A DNA stretch of 64,000 nt, from positions 297,851 through 361,850 of the IMG/VR virus record IMGVR_UViG_3300045988_181067; one strand, given 5' to 3'. This document shows positions 18,641 through 28,505 of this stretch, piece after piece. Within the stretch, counting starts at the first letter, position 1. Every line of letters begins with the position of its first letter. The notes beneath the pieces were generated by a model, which worked only from the letters and a program-made list of their open reading frames with translations, was not told the origin of the DNA and searched no databases. This stretch comes from a virus. The position numbers and the translations under genes are program-made.

Positions 18641-19721
18641 TATTGATAGCTGCATTGACATCTCTTTCGTGGTGCGTACCGCAAGATGGGCAGTCCCACT
18701 GCCGCTGCTTGAGTGTGAGCTTCGGATAGATGTACCCACAGCGACTGCAGCACTTGCTGGATGGAGCAAAACGGTCAATTTTCACGACCTCCGTGCCACA
18801 GTTGGATGCTGTCCACTCTAAGATTTTGACAAGCTCACCAAACGCTATATCATTGATTTTGCGTCCCCATAGTTTTTGCATCCCTGCAATATTTAAGTCT
18901 TCAATGCAGATGATAGCGTAATCCGCTATCAGTTGGTAAGCAACCTTAAAGAACCAATCAATGCGTTGGTTACATATTTTTCGATAGATACGGTCCAACT
19001 CTTTGATTGCTTTCTTACGGTTATTGCTTCCCGGCTTACAGCGTGAAATATGTCTTTGTATCCGTTGCAGCTCTTTCAGAGAGGCTTTATACCATTCAGG
19101 GGAGTCTATCACGCTGCCGTCATCCAAGTTGAGGAAGTGCTTCAAACCAAAATCCATCCCGACAGCTTTACCTGCTCGTGGAAGAATTTCATTACCTTCC
19201 TCTTTGGTGACGACAAAGAGGTAGATATCACCTAAATTGTCGCGCTTGACGGTTAAGGTTTTCACTTTACCCTTCAAAGGACGAGAATCGAAATAGCGAT
19301 ACTTCTTACCGTTGATGGTGACGTTGCCTTTGCCGTCAAACTTATAGCCTGCCTGTTTGAGCGTGAAGCTTTTATACATCTCACGCTTCTTAAATTTTGG
19401 CAGCGACTTCTTGGTAGGATGCGCCTTTTTCTTATTATCAAAATAGGCTTTATAGGCGCGGTCAACGCGCTCCACCACATCCTGAATAGCTTGGCTGCCA
19501 AGATTATGCCAGTGAGCCCACTTACGGCGCTTGCAGATTTTAGTAATGTACTTTTTCAAATCATTGGCTTTGAGCGTTTTACCATAGACCAAATAGTACA
19601 TACGCCGCATAGCAATGCAGAAGTTCCAAATTTCGGAGGCAATTTCTATCTGCTGAACAAGATACTTGTTTTTCTTGTTGTTGTACAGCTTATACTTGTA
19701 GGTTTTCATTACAAGACGCAT
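18600..19721 (-). CDS. tnpB: TnpB (IS605 OrfB) RNA-guided endonuclease
   Basis: RuvC motifs GMDFGLKHF, IICIEDLNIAGM, HERDVNAAINI; Zn finger CSRCG..CPSCG. Confidence 0.85.
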   Translation of the reverse strand: MRLVMKTYKYKLYNNKKNKYLVQQIEIASEIWNFCIAMRRMYYLVYGKTLKANDLKKYITKICKRRKWAHWHNLGSQAIQDVVERVDRAYKAYFDNKKKAHPTKKSLPKFKKREMYKSFTLKQAGYKFDGKGNVTINGKKYRYFDSRPLKGKVKTLTVKRDNLGDIYLFVVTKEEGNEILPRAGKAVGMDFGLKHFLNLDDGSVIDSPEWYKASLKELQRIQRHISRCKPGSNNRKKAIKELDRIYRKICNQRIDWFFKVAYQLIADYAIICIEDLNIAGMQKLWGRKINDIAFGELVKILEWTASNCGTEVVKIDRFAPSSKCCSRCGYIYPKLTLKQRQWDCPSCGTHHERDVNAAINICRMGLAQMGYPT

Positions 19722-19758
19722 GAGCAGTAGCCTCCTTTCTCTTTAGAATCTACTATCT

Positions 19759-19786
19759 ATGGTACGCAATTCGCACGTTTTGACAA
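19759..19786 (-). promoter_or_regulatory. class-1 promoter TTGTCA-16-TACCAT with GCGAATTGCG spacer, upstream of tnpB
   Basis: Seen in sequence. Confidence 0.45.
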
Positions 19787-19845
19787 CAAAAAATGCTGCC
19801 TATCTTGCGGATAGACAGCGTATGTTGAATCGCCCTTAGTGCCTT

Positions 19846-20106
19846 TCATCCCACGACTAAAGTCGTGGGTTTTCTCGGCTTATTTTTATAATCCAATTCA
19901 CGGTAGGTGTAGTCATTTTGTACCAGAATCAGCTTTTTGAAGACAGTGTCACCGTCCAGCATCATGCTGCCCAATATTGCCGTAAAGTCAATCCAGTCTC
20001 CAAATACTTCTACCGTAAGTATTGAGTTCGGGAGTTGTCCTATCGTGATACCTTGTTGTGAAGTGCGCTTGAGTGCTTTTTCGCGAGCTTTTTGAGAAGG
20101 GACCAT
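19846..20106 (-). pseudogene. N-terminal fragment of gene split by IS insertion
   Basis: EVFGDWIDF...YRELDY aligns with EVDGDWIEF...YSELEY of 29049 gene; ORF runs into IS left end. Confidence 0.45.
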
Positions 20107-20110
20107 ATTC

Positions 20111-21160
20111 TTACCCTTCCGTCTTGATACCGCTCAGGCACAACGGTGCTTCACCACAGCCAACATAGCCGTCAACAACACTGCCTGCATCGACATGGGA
20201 AATGTACGATTCATCTGCATCCGGGAAAACACAAATGGAAGTCACGGAAGTTTCTTGAGGTGTCTCTTTACCGTCAAATTGGTCATAGCACTCTGCTGCG
20301 AGCGTATAACCATCGCAGTTCCAGACCAGCCAATAACTCTTGGCTTCTCCTACATCCTCGTATGTAGCAGCTTTCAGTTCGTCAAAGGAGCTGAATGCCA
20401 TGCCGCCAAAAGTGGTCGTTTTCCAGTAGAGGCCAGAAGGATTGCCAAAATGTTTGTAGAGTGCCTCAAACTTCTCTTGTGCCGTACTATCGTATGCCGG
20501 GAACCAATCGAAATCATAGACATTGATACGGCTGTAGTACAGACCCTTATCGAACGCATCGCCAAAAGTCACGTCCCCTTCTTTGGCAATATCCTCGTTC
20601 AGCATCATGGCATATGAGCCATCGGTAGCGTATGAGCCGATTTGATAGTAGTTGCCTTCTTCTCCCGTAACGCAATAGTCTTGAATGTCGCGGTCTATCT
20701 CTTCTTCGGCATCATACTCTTCGCTGGTTCCTTTGATACTGTATCCTTCGTCTTCTCGATTGAGAGCCATGTATCCATTGATGGGGAGAGCCTTCAATTC
20801 CTCCACTGATACGGTTACGCCGTTGAAATTAGGTGCTCCATCCAAAGAAAGGTTCTTTGTCCAGTCAGCATCGTTCAGCGGGTTCTCACCGAAAGGAATA
20901 CCACTGTTCGGGTCTGTCGTAACTGCAGGAGTCACTGTTCCTTCCGCCCACTCTGGGAGATGGTCAAGTAGCGACCAATTCTCCCCTGCCAGTGTCGTCT
21001 CTGTGCTTGAAGACGAAGTCGTGCTGCTCTGGGCTTGGCTTGTGCTATTCTTGGGCGTATTGTTCTGTTCTGAAGAGTTGTTCTGTTGGCGTGTAGCACA
21101 ACCGGTCAGAATCATTGTTGCTGCAGCGACGGCAGCAATGGCGCGAATTTGTTTTTTCAT
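20111..21160 (-). CDS. lipoprotein, hypothetical
   Basis: Start MKKQIRAIAAVAAATMILTGC with AAGGAGAAAA RBS; Ser/Thr-rich linker. Confidence 0.55.
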   Translation of the reverse strand: MKKQIRAIAAVAAATMILTGCATRQQNNSSEQNNTPKNSTSQAQSSTTSSSSTETTLAGENWSLLDHLPEWAEGTVTPAVTTDPNSGIPFGENPLNDADWTKNLSLDGAPNFNGVTVSVEELKALPINGYMALNREDEGYSIKGTSEEYDAEEEIDRDIQDYCVTGEEGNYYQIGSYATDGSYAMMLNEDIAKEGDVTFGDAFDKGLYYSRINVYDFDWFPAYDSTAQEKFEALYKHFGNPSGLYWKTTTFGGMAFSSFDELKAATYEDVGEAKSYWLVWNCDGYTLAAECYDQFDGKETPQETSVTSICVFPDADESYISHVDAGSVVDGYVGCGEAPLCLSGIKTEG

Positions 21161-21173
21161 GTTTTTCTCCTTG

Positions 21174-22721
21174 TTACGACACCGAATTTGGCACAAAGAC
21201 TATGCCTTTGTTTTTGTTTATTAACGTACATTTTCTTGGTTTTGCTTTACTATTGTCAGCAAAAACATAATAATCCGGTATCCCGTTGTGCAAACCTCTT
21301 GACGCCACCATGACGTTCATTTTTCCGTTTGCCGTCATAAGCGCACCGGGGAGGATACGATTCAGTCTTTTGTTTGTAGGCTTATGTTCTTTAACAACAA
21401 GTTTGTCTGTTGCACCGCCATTGTTGCGGTACTCTTCCAGGCTGTCTGTTTCTTGTTTGGTAGCCTTGTGGCGATTTGTCGCTACCAACCTTTTATCGAG
21501 GTAGTATTTTCTCGTTGCGTTTTGTTGTTGGCAAACCTGACGGTCGTGCCTTCTGAATTGCTTCAATTCATAGGGAACAAGACTGTTGACTGTGTTGTCA
21601 AAGCAGCCGTCAGGTAGAACAGAGCACGCAATACAATAGGCGTCCAACCAGTGGTTTTTGCTTACGCCGTGTGCTGCACGGTAATCGTATGTGCTTTTCC
21701 CTGCTGTCACATAAAGATGACCTTGAAAACGAGAACCCAATTTCTTCGTAAGCGCCGGGATAATTTGATTCAACACACTCAACGCTCCATACTTTTTGTT
21801 GAGACCCTGCTTCTTTTTTGCGAGTTTTTCTTTTACCTTGTCATCCTTATGTACAAGGTCGTGGTGTTTTGCACACAATCCAACGATGTTGGCAATAGTG
21901 TTGCTGCCGTTTTCGCTTCTCGGAACCACATGATGATAATGCTCTATCGCCTTTTTGCAAAACAAGCAATGATGACCTTGCTGCTCAGAGACGGCGTTTT
22001 CAAGGCTGCCTTTTTGATAAAGAGGACCTTGTTGATACTGCCATTTCTGAATATTTGGATTGTCCAATGCCATAAACGCAAATTTGTTGATTTCGAGCAC
22101 AACGTCACTGATAGGAAGAAATTTGCAAAGCATCTTCACAAAGTTAATGTGCGTCAGCAAGAGCTGATTGGCAGTAGGTGTAAACCACCCAGCAGGTTTG
22201 ACTCGGTTATTAAATCGCGCTTCCTTGTTCTTAATGCCAATGCAAAGGATGGGCTTCTCGCAGCCGGGCAGGTTACGTTCAAAAACGCCTATCTTTTGAG
22301 CACGCTTACTGACGCTACCGCCTTGTGCTGTGTTTTGCTTTTTGCACTTCTTGGATAAAGTGCCGTGTGCAGCGGCACGGCGCTGACGCTTGCAGCGACG
22401 GTAATGTCTGCGTCCCTGACGGCATTCCTTGCGTTTTGCCATCAGCTTGGGAATTTCTTTATTGCGCGTTTCCAGATGAGCAGTAAAGACTGCAGTACCG
22501 TCTCCTTCGACTACAGCAACCCCGATATTAGTTCTGCCGGGGTCGATGCCCAAATAGAGAGGCTGCACCACGTCGTCCGTTTCGTACAACAGTTTAATGG
22601 TAAACGGGTTTGTTCTAACGACTCGTGCTTTCTTCTCTTTCAGAAGGTGGCGGATATGACCACAGCGAGTCGTCGGCATCAAAGGTTTACCGTCTTTGTT
22701 GAGCACATATACAGTAGCCAT
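21174..22721 (-). CDS. iscB: IscB (OMEGA RNA-guided nuclease: PLMP, RuvC-I, Arg-rich bridge, HNH, RuvC-II/III)
   Basis: PLMP motif KDGKPLMP; RuvC-I LGIDPGRTNIGVAVV; RRHYRRCKRQRR; HNH HHVVPRSENGSNTIANIVGLCAKHHDLVH; strong AAAGGAGGTG RBS. Confidence 0.85.
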   Translation of the reverse strand: MATVYVLNKDGKPLMPTTRCGHIRHLLKEKKARVVRTNPFTIKLLYETDDVVQPLYLGIDPGRTNIGVAVVEGDGTAVFTAHLETRNKEIPKLMAKRKECRQGRRHYRRCKRQRRAAAHGTLSKKCKKQNTAQGGSVSKRAQKIGVFERNLPGCEKPILCIGIKNKEARFNNRVKPAGWFTPTANQLLLTHINFVKMLCKFLPISDVVLEINKFAFMALDNPNIQKWQYQQGPLYQKGSLENAVSEQQGHHCLFCKKAIEHYHHVVPRSENGSNTIANIVGLCAKHHDLVHKDDKVKEKLAKKKQGLNKKYGALSVLNQIIPALTKKLGSRFQGHLYVTAGKSTYDYRAAHGVSKNHWLDAYCIACSVLPDGCFDNTVNSLVPYELKQFRRHDRQVCQQQNATRKYYLDKRLVATNRHKATKQETDSLEEYRNNGGATDKLVVKEHKPTNKRLNRILPGALMTANGKMNVMVASRGLHNGIPDYYVFADNSKAKPRKCTLINKNKGIVFVPNSVS

Positions 22722-22900
22722 ATACGCCACCTCCTTTACGATAAATCTCTTCTGCCGAAGCAGAAGGTTGTGTAACCCTTGGCTAAAGATACTTACTGAG
22801 TAGAGCTGCATACTGGGTTGACATCTGCAGGTACATAAGTATCCAACGCCTGCGTCCTGCATGCTGGTCAGGATTGCTCCTGTACCGCAGGTAGGACTAT
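22722..22900 (-). ncRNA. Structured 5' leader of iscB, candidate IscB omega-RNA scaffold
   Basis: About 180 nt between promoter and iscB start with hairpins (CUUCUGC CGAA GCAGAAG; CCUGCGGUACAGG); omega-RNA is established to lie upstream of iscB. Confidence 0.45.
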
Positions 22901-22904
22901 TTTT

Positions 22905-22933
22905 AATTATCTGCAATTCGCACGATTCAGCAA
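22905..22933 (-). promoter_or_regulatory. class-1 promoter TTGCTG-17-ATAATT with TGCAATTCGCA spacer
   Basis: Seen in sequence. Confidence 0.45.
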
Positions 22934-22954
22934 CAAAATCTCGACAAACAGAAA

Positions 22955-22986
22955 AAGGCAGCCACCCGAAATGGATGACTGCCGTT
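22955..22986 (-). terminator. rho-independent terminator after PhoH-like gene
   Basis: GGCAGUCAUCCAUUUCGGGUGGCUGCC hairpin followed by U-run. Confidence 0.5.
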
Positions 22987-22994
22987 GCTTTCTA

Positions 22995-24470
22995 CTATTT
23001 GTTATGGTCCTTGCCCTTAATTTGCATGCGCTTGATAGCTTCCTTTGCCAACTCCGAGCGTTCGCATTCCGATGCTGCGAAAGTGATTTGCGTGCAGACC
23101 TTGCTGCCCTTCATTGCGTTGGCGGCGTAAGTCAATCCGTTTGTCCGGCTATCCAATAACGGGTTATCCACCTGATTCGGGTCGCCGGTCAGAATGATTT
23201 TGGTCCCTTCGCCCGCACGGCTGATGATGCCGAATGCCTGTAGCGGAGTCATATTCTGCGCCTCATCAATAATCATGTATCTGTCACGGATACTGCGTCC
23301 ACGCATATATTCCATAGCTTGCGCTTCGATTTTCCCGGAGTCGAACAGATATTGTGCATAGGAGTTGGGTGCGACGATTTTGTCTTCTGCTTCTTCCTGT
23401 GCAGAGAACTTGCTCTTTTTACCCTTGCCGCTCGGTTTTGCTTCATCCCCACATTTCACAGCGGTCAACTGGTCAAGATTGTCGAGGATGGGACGAATCA
23501 GTGGGTTGATTTTCTCTGCCTCACTTCCCTTTAGGAACCCGACTGTTTCGTCAAATTTGATATTTGGGCGAACAACAAGTACGCTGCGATATTTCGGGTC
23601 ATCGCCAAGTGTCTGCTCCAAGCCGCAAGCAAGAGAAAGGAAGGTTTTTGCTGTACCGGCGTCACCCATCAGAATCGTCAGCGAGGAGGATTGCAGCGAA
23701 TCCATCAAGGCGTGGATAGCCATTTTCTGACCGAGGTTTTTTGGCCTGACACCATATGGATACATTTTATCCATGTTGAGCCTTACGAGCTTTTTGCCCT
23801 TCGCTTGATATACGCCGATAGTAGATTCGTCTGCTCTCTTTACGGTGACGAACTCATTTTCTACCAGCGACTCGTCCGTTTCCACGGCGGATACAGGAAT
23901 CTCATTGGGGATACCACTTGCATCGATTTCTGTATCATAACAATGCGCGGCTGTTCTGCCAAGGTAAGGCGTATCGGTCATTACGCTGTCTGAGCGATAT
24001 ACCTCCGCCTTAAATCCAGATTCTTCCATGCGAATCCGCGTGGCAATGCTGTTGGAAACAACGATAATTTCCGACTCCTTCGGACAATGTCTCATGCAGC
24101 TATAAGCAGATTCAAGAAGTGTTTCATTACTGGAATCGTCAACGAAGAACATACCTCCGTTCTCCAACGGTACACCGCACCGTAGGTTACCCTTCTCTCG
24201 GAGAGTTTCAATAATCGACAGCGCTTCTTGCGCGTTGCGACTGCTCTCACCTTGGCTTTTTTTAATCGCGTCAAGGTCACGAATCACATTGAACGGGACC
24301 ACAATGGTGTGCTCGTCAAAGGCAAAGACCGCATATGGCGAGTAGAGCAGGACGCTCTTATCGAGGATGAACACCTTTTTTGGTACTGGCAAAGCCTTCG
24401 CGTCGTCCGTGAGCTTGCCATTGACGCCGTAGTATGGCTGGGGCTGGGAATTGGGATAAATGTTAGGCAT
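22995..24470 (-). CDS. PIN-domain/PhoH-like ATPase (YlaK-like)
   Basis: N-terminal PIN-like segment; Walker A LMGDAGTAKT; PhoH-like C-terminal region. Confidence 0.75.
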   Translation of the reverse strand: MPNIYPNSQPQPYYGVNGKLTDDAKALPVPKKVFILDKSVLLYSPYAVFAFDEHTIVVPFNVIRDLDAIKKSQGESSRNAQEALSIIETLREKGNLRCGVPLENGGMFFVDDSSNETLLESAYSCMRHCPKESEIIVVSNSIATRIRMEESGFKAEVYRSDSVMTDTPYLGRTAAHCYDTEIDASGIPNEIPVSAVETDESLVENEFVTVKRADESTIGVYQAKGKKLVRLNMDKMYPYGVRPKNLGQKMAIHALMDSLQSSSLTILMGDAGTAKTFLSLACGLEQTLGDDPKYRSVLVVRPNIKFDETVGFLKGSEAEKINPLIRPILDNLDQLTAVKCGDEAKPSGKGKKSKFSAQEEAEDKIVAPNSYAQYLFDSGKIEAQAMEYMRGRSIRDRYMIIDEAQNMTPLQAFGIISRAGEGTKIILTGDPNQVDNPLLDSRTNGLTYAANAMKGSKVCTQITFAASECERSELAKEAIKRMQIKGKDHNK

Positions 24471-24493
24471 GGGTTATACCTCCTTTTGCTACT

Positions 24494-24521
24494 ATGGTAC
24501 TCGAATCGCACAAATCAGCAA
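24494..24521 (-). promoter_or_regulatory. class-1 promoter TTGCTG-16-TACCAT with CTCGAATCGCA spacer
   Basis: Seen in sequence. Confidence 0.45.
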
Positions 24522-24522
24522 C

Positions 24523-24909
24523 TCACAAGTACGGTAGAGGTTCGCCTTCTGGCAGGCGCTCATACTCTTGCAGGTCGCTCATAGAGGTTTCCTCCAGACT
24601 GGCTGTCCCATCCTCAAAGCAGAGTGTATACACATACGCCCTTTGGTCCTTTTCTCCCAGCACTTCTGCCGGGGGCTTTTTGTTTTCTACCATCTCGGAC
24701 AGTTGCTTTTCTGAGATTGGGTACACCACCCATCGCTCAAAGTAGCGAAACTCTGGACAGTGACAAATATACAGTTGTCCATTACCATCTTTGCAGACGC
24801 ATAGTAGTGGCAGGCAGTCGTATTCAAGGAAAATCCGCTCAATGGTCAGTTTCTTGCCGAATCTGGCAGAAAAGTCTGTTTCCTCCAAAAAGATTTCTTT
24901 GTCCTTCAT
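24523..24909 (-). CDS. hypothetical protein
   Basis: 128 aa, RBS AAAGGCGGGTG; 4-bp overlap with upstream gene. Confidence 0.5.
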   Translation of the reverse strand: MKDKEIFLEETDFSARFGKKLTIERIFLEYDCLPLLCVCKDGNGQLYICHCPEFRYFERWVVYPISEKQLSEMVENKKPPAEVLGEKDQRAYVYTLCFEDGTASLEETSMSDLQEYERLPEGEPLPYL

Positions 24910-25337
24910 CTTGCACCCGCCTTTACCGTCAGCACATAAGCGACAGCCCCGAATAGAATCATCACCACAAGCAGAATCGAACAGACAAACACCATGTTAA
25001 AAGAGATTTTCTTAACTTTTCTCAACAGATGAATCGTGTCCGTCAAATCTTCGATTTCGTTTTCCAACTCTGCAAACTGGTTGTGCTCCTCTTCAATCAA
25101 TTCTATCGTTTCAAAAGCATACCCAACATTGAACTCGTCGTTCTGCTTTGGTTTGCTTTTGGATTTTGCATTAAGTTTTTTCAGCTCCTTGTCATACCAT
25201 TTTTTGCTTTTCTTCTTGAGAGCCGCTTTTTTGGCGCTGCGTTCAGCGGTTTTTATTTGCAGCAGCTTATCCGACACCTCATAGCAGACAACCGACGCAA
25301 TGCAAAGCACCACTATAATGATAAGTATAATCAGCAT
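24906..25337 (-). CDS. membrane protein (2 TM), hypothetical
   Basis: N- and C-terminal hydrophobic helices flanking Lys-rich coiled segment. Confidence 0.5.
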   Translation of the reverse strand: MLIILIIIVVLCIASVVCYEVSDKLLQIKTAERSAKKAALKKKSKKWYDKELKKLNAKSKSKPKQNDEFNVGYAFETIELIEEEHNQFAELENEIEDLTDTIHLLRKVKKISFNMVFVCSILLVVMILFGAVAYVLTVKAGAR

Positions 25338-25345
25338 GTGTCACC

Positions 25346-25720
25346 TCACAAGAAATCCGGAGCCTCAGTGTCGTTGTCATCCCCCGTATCTACCTCAAGA
25401 GGAAGTTGCTCGAACGGCAAGGTGAGATAGTCGTACAACGACTCAGCCGTCGGCATGTCGTAGCGCATCCGGCGACCGTCCTTAAAGTCGTACCAGATAC
25501 ATTTGCGAACTTGCTCATAAAGCCACCACTGGATGGTGCCTGCCTTATCATCCAATTCCTCTTCGAGCAATCGAATCAGCGCTGACAAATACAGGTTGTC
25601 TGCATCAAAAACCACCGATGAATCGCAGATTTTGTTGAGGGCAACATCGAATTCGTGCATTTTCTTGTCCTGCGCCTGAATGCCTGCGATAGTCTTGCAA
25701 AAAAGTTGCTTAGAAATCAT
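25346..25720 (-). CDS. hypothetical protein
   Basis: Start MISKQLF after TAGGAGGATAAAA RBS. Confidence 0.5.
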   Translation of the reverse strand: MISKQLFCKTIAGIQAQDKKMHEFDVALNKICDSSVVFDADNLYLSALIRLLEEELDDKAGTIQWWLYEQVRKCIWYDFKDGRRMRYDMPTAESLYDYLTLPFEQLPLEVDTGDDNDTEAPDFL

Positions 25721-25780
25721 TTTTATCCTCCTAAAAAGAGAAGCCTCATCCACAATGGGTGAGGCTTTTTATTGTATGTG

Positions 25781-26266
25781 TTACGCGAAGAGAAGTGACC
25801 GAAGCAGTATCATGTACCTGCCTGCGATAACCATGTACATTGCCACGCCAAGCCCGCCGGAGAGCAGGTAGCATACGCACCAGTGTCTCGTTGGTCTGCT
25901 CTGCAGCACCTGCGGAAAGAAGCTCATATAGGAACCGGCACTAACATCCTCTGCCATCGTCTCAAGATACCAAAGGATACCAACTGCGCCGATATAGCTA
26001 CCCACCTGCATACCCGCCACAGAGAACACGGCAGAGAACAGTATCAGCCGGAGCACCTTGTGAGATGACCTCTTGGTGTCCTCCTCGATGAACTTAGCTC
26101 TGCGGATGCAATCCTTAATAGTAGCACAGCCGTTGTCTTTCACTCTGGTTGCCTCTCGGTAGCACTTGGATGACTCCGTGAGGAAGTTCAAAAGCCGCGT
26201 GGCAGTAATCCAGAGACAGACAAGGCAGAGCGCCACGGAGAATGAGGTAATCGTGTTTCCTGTCAT
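25781..26266 (-). CDS. membrane protein, hypothetical
   Basis: Multiple TM helices; GAGAGGA RBS. Confidence 0.5.
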   Translation of the reverse strand: MTGNTITSFSVALCLVCLWITATRLLNFLTESSKCYREATRVKDNGCATIKDCIRRAKFIEEDTKRSSHKVLRLILFSAVFSVAGMQVGSYIGAVGILWYLETMAEDVSAGSYMSFFPQVLQSRPTRHWCVCYLLSGGLGVAMYMVIAGRYMILLRSLLFA

Positions 26267-26362
26267 GTGTGTATCCTCTCAAATTGGAAAAATGTCGCGA
26301 ATCACCCCTCGAAACCTCGGAAAAATGTTGCAGGTCTCGGAAAGACCTTGATTTGTGTTGTT

Positions 26363-27232
26363 TTAGTAGCGGTAGAATCTCGGCACAATCTCGCTTCCCT
26401 GCTTGTCCATAATCATCGCAGCAAAGGTATCCATCTTGGCGGGCGTGAACTCTGCGGTGTATTCGAGCGTACCACCAGACTCCTCCGCAATGTCGTTCAT
26501 CGTCTGCAGGAACTTTACGAACTCCGGAATCTGTTCAGGTTTCAGCGTGACGCCGGTGCAAATGGTGATGCAATCTTCATCAACATCGGCAACCTCATCG
26601 CCCTCTTCCCTTCCGAAGACGCTACGAACCGAGGCAATTGTTTCCTGCATCTTGTTGACCTGCTTGACGGTGAAGGTATCCCCGGCATCCAGCTCCATAT
26701 CGAAGGTGTAGCAGAACCATGCGTCGATATCCTTGACTTCTTCCTCCGGTACATAGTCCGGGTTGTCGCATAGTTGCTTGCCGTCAAAGTAGAGCATCAC
26801 CACATTGCTTTCCACATCGTAGTATTCCAAGCCGTGATACCGTACTGCCTCACAGCCGAATTCCTGCAGCGTATCCATCCAGAACGCCGAACCGTAAAAA
26901 TTCTTATTACTGAAGTAGTGAATCATATCATAGGACAAGAACACTTCGACATCCGCGTCCAGAATGATTTGTTCGATGGCTTTATGAACAGTTTCTGTAT
27001 GCTGCCAATCCTTATCCAGACCGGAAAGACCCACGCCGCCAGTCTTGTCGGAGACATCCAGAACAGATTCTCCGTCAATCTTGATGGTCAGTTCGTGCAG
27101 TGTCATGGACTCAATGCTTGCAGAGTCCAGAAACTGCTGCAGATAGTGGGCAAGGCAACTGCGAAGCGCATCCGCGTCGCCATTGTCTTTCTTGATGTTG
27201 ATGCGTTCGATTGCTACTAATTCAGTGCTCAT
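26363..27232 (-). CDS. hypothetical protein
   Basis: 289 aa; AAAGGAGAAA RBS. Confidence 0.55.
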   Translation of the reverse strand: MSTELVAIERINIKKDNGDADALRSCLAHYLQQFLDSASIESMTLHELTIKIDGESVLDVSDKTGGVGLSGLDKDWQHTETVHKAIEQIILDADVEVFLSYDMIHYFSNKNFYGSAFWMDTLQEFGCEAVRYHGLEYYDVESNVVMLYFDGKQLCDNPDYVPEEEVKDIDAWFCYTFDMELDAGDTFTVKQVNKMQETIASVRSVFGREEGDEVADVDEDCITICTGVTLKPEQIPEFVKFLQTMNDIAEESGGTLEYTAEFTPAKMDTFAAMIMDKQGSEIVPRFYRY

Positions 27233-27249
27233 GGTATTTCTCCTTTGTC

Positions 27250-27717
27250 TTACTCATGGTCATGATGGCATTCTGGACAATAGTGGTCGTGCTCCAAAGG
27301 CGCCGGGCCGGGTGCAGCGCCGCGCTCACCGATGATTTCCGAAGTACGGATACCGTTTGCTTTGCGGCATCCCTCCACTGTCTTGGACAGCAGTTCCTTG
27401 ACCTCACGAGGCTTCTTGACGTGACGGATGTCAAGCTCCGGGGTCATAGAGTCCATAGAGCAGAGGTGAATCGTTCCGACTTTGCCGATACGCTCCAAAA
27501 AGCTCTGGCTCAATGCCAGGTCTCGAACCCGATAAAGCTGAATCTCATCTTCCCGCAGGTTAAAGAAGCCTTTCTGGATAATGAGCTTCGTCTCTGTCAG
27601 TGTGTATTTCGTGAACGAAATCGGAAGTGCGAAGATGGTATGGCGCTTGCGGTCGGTCCAGAGAATCTTCTCTTCCTTAATATCCACGCCAAATTCGCCG
27701 TTTTTAAGTTCCGCCAT
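27250..27717 (-). CDS. bacterial PH-domain (bPH_2/YdbS-like) protein with His/Cys-rich tail
   Basis: Start MAELKNG after AAAGGAGAA; KGFFNLREDEIQLYRVRDL pattern; C-terminal HDHYCPECHHDHE. Confidence 0.45.
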   Translation of the reverse strand: MAELKNGEFGVDIKEEKILWTDRKRHTIFALPISFTKYTLTETKLIIQKGFFNLREDEIQLYRVRDLALSQSFLERIGKVGTIHLCSMDSMTPELDIRHVKKPREVKELLSKTVEGCRKANGIRTSEIIGERGAAPGPAPLEHDHYCPECHHDHE

Positions 27718-27730
27718 TGTTGTTCTCCTT

Positions 27731-28504
27731 TCACACAATGTGGATTGGCAGCTTGATTTCTGCCTCATTGTTCTTTAGAGACTTCTGAGTTTTCTCATAC
27801 TCCGCGATTTTCTCAGTCAATTTTTCTTTACTCATAGCTTTGATTTCCGCCGGGATAACGCAGCGGTCATCTACAACATAGTCTGCTGAGGTATCCGCCT
27901 TACTCTCGCTCTGGATAGTTGCTCCTTGGCTTGCAGCTTCATCGACGTGCAGGCGCTGGCTGATGGTGTCTGCGCTGAACTTCTGCGATGTGAACACGGG
28001 CTTCACGGTTTGTCCTTGCTGCTTAACGAAGTGCTCGAGAACTTTCCAAGAGGTTTCGTCATCCTGTTTCTCGTAGAAATACGGGTCAAGGTTCAGGAAC
28101 AGCCAAGTAGTCGTGTTCTCTCTGCCGGTCATGTAGCCGAGCAGTGCATCGCTGATGGCAAGCACACCTCTGTGCCATGTCCCCATCGTGCGGCTTACGT
28201 CGTACACGATAAGCTGAGGTTGTCTGTTCATCGGCATATCGACCTCAATGATATGCGTGTCTACCGGCCAGCCGCCGGAGAGCTTATACTGGTGCATGAC
28301 CATCGGGATGCGCCCCGGCACAATGCGGTCATGGTCCAGAACGAAGTCGGTATATTCCCCTGTCACATCAATGACGATGATGCGGTCTTGCGTTGTCCGC
28401 AGCAACCTTGCCACTTTCTTTTTGCACCAGAGCGTCTTTCCGTGTCCGGTATCCGCAGATACCAGTGTGTAGTATTTAGTTTTAATGATATTAGGTTCAA
28501 CCAT
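27731..28504 (-). CDS. P-loop NTPase, hypothetical
   Basis: Walker A SADTGHGKT; start MVEPNIIK. Confidence 0.5.
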   Translation of the reverse strand: MVEPNIIKTKYYTLVSADTGHGKTLWCKKKVARLLRTTQDRIIVIDVTGEYTDFVLDHDRIVPGRIPMVMHQYKLSGGWPVDTHIIEVDMPMNRQPQLIVYDVSRTMGTWHRGVLAISDALLGYMTGRENTTTWLFLNLDPYFYEKQDDETSWKVLEHFVKQQGQTVKPVFTSQKFSADTISQRLHVDEAASQGATIQSESKADTSADYVVDDRCVIPAEIKAMSKEKLTEKIAEYEKTQKSLKNNEAEIKLPIHIV

Positions 28505-28505
28505 T

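Larger units (their letters stand above)
18499..19872 (-). mobile_element. IS200/IS605-family element, tnpB-only (IS1341-like)
   Basis: Subterminal hairpins CCCACGACTAAAGTCGTGGG (19850-19869) and CCCACGATTAAAATCGTGGG (18499-18518) flank tnpB; inserted inside a gene. Confidence 0.75.

Noticed and set aside
21651-22775. Two + strand ORFs (235 and 136 aa) opposite iscB
   Set aside because: Antisense to a gene with strong domain evidence.
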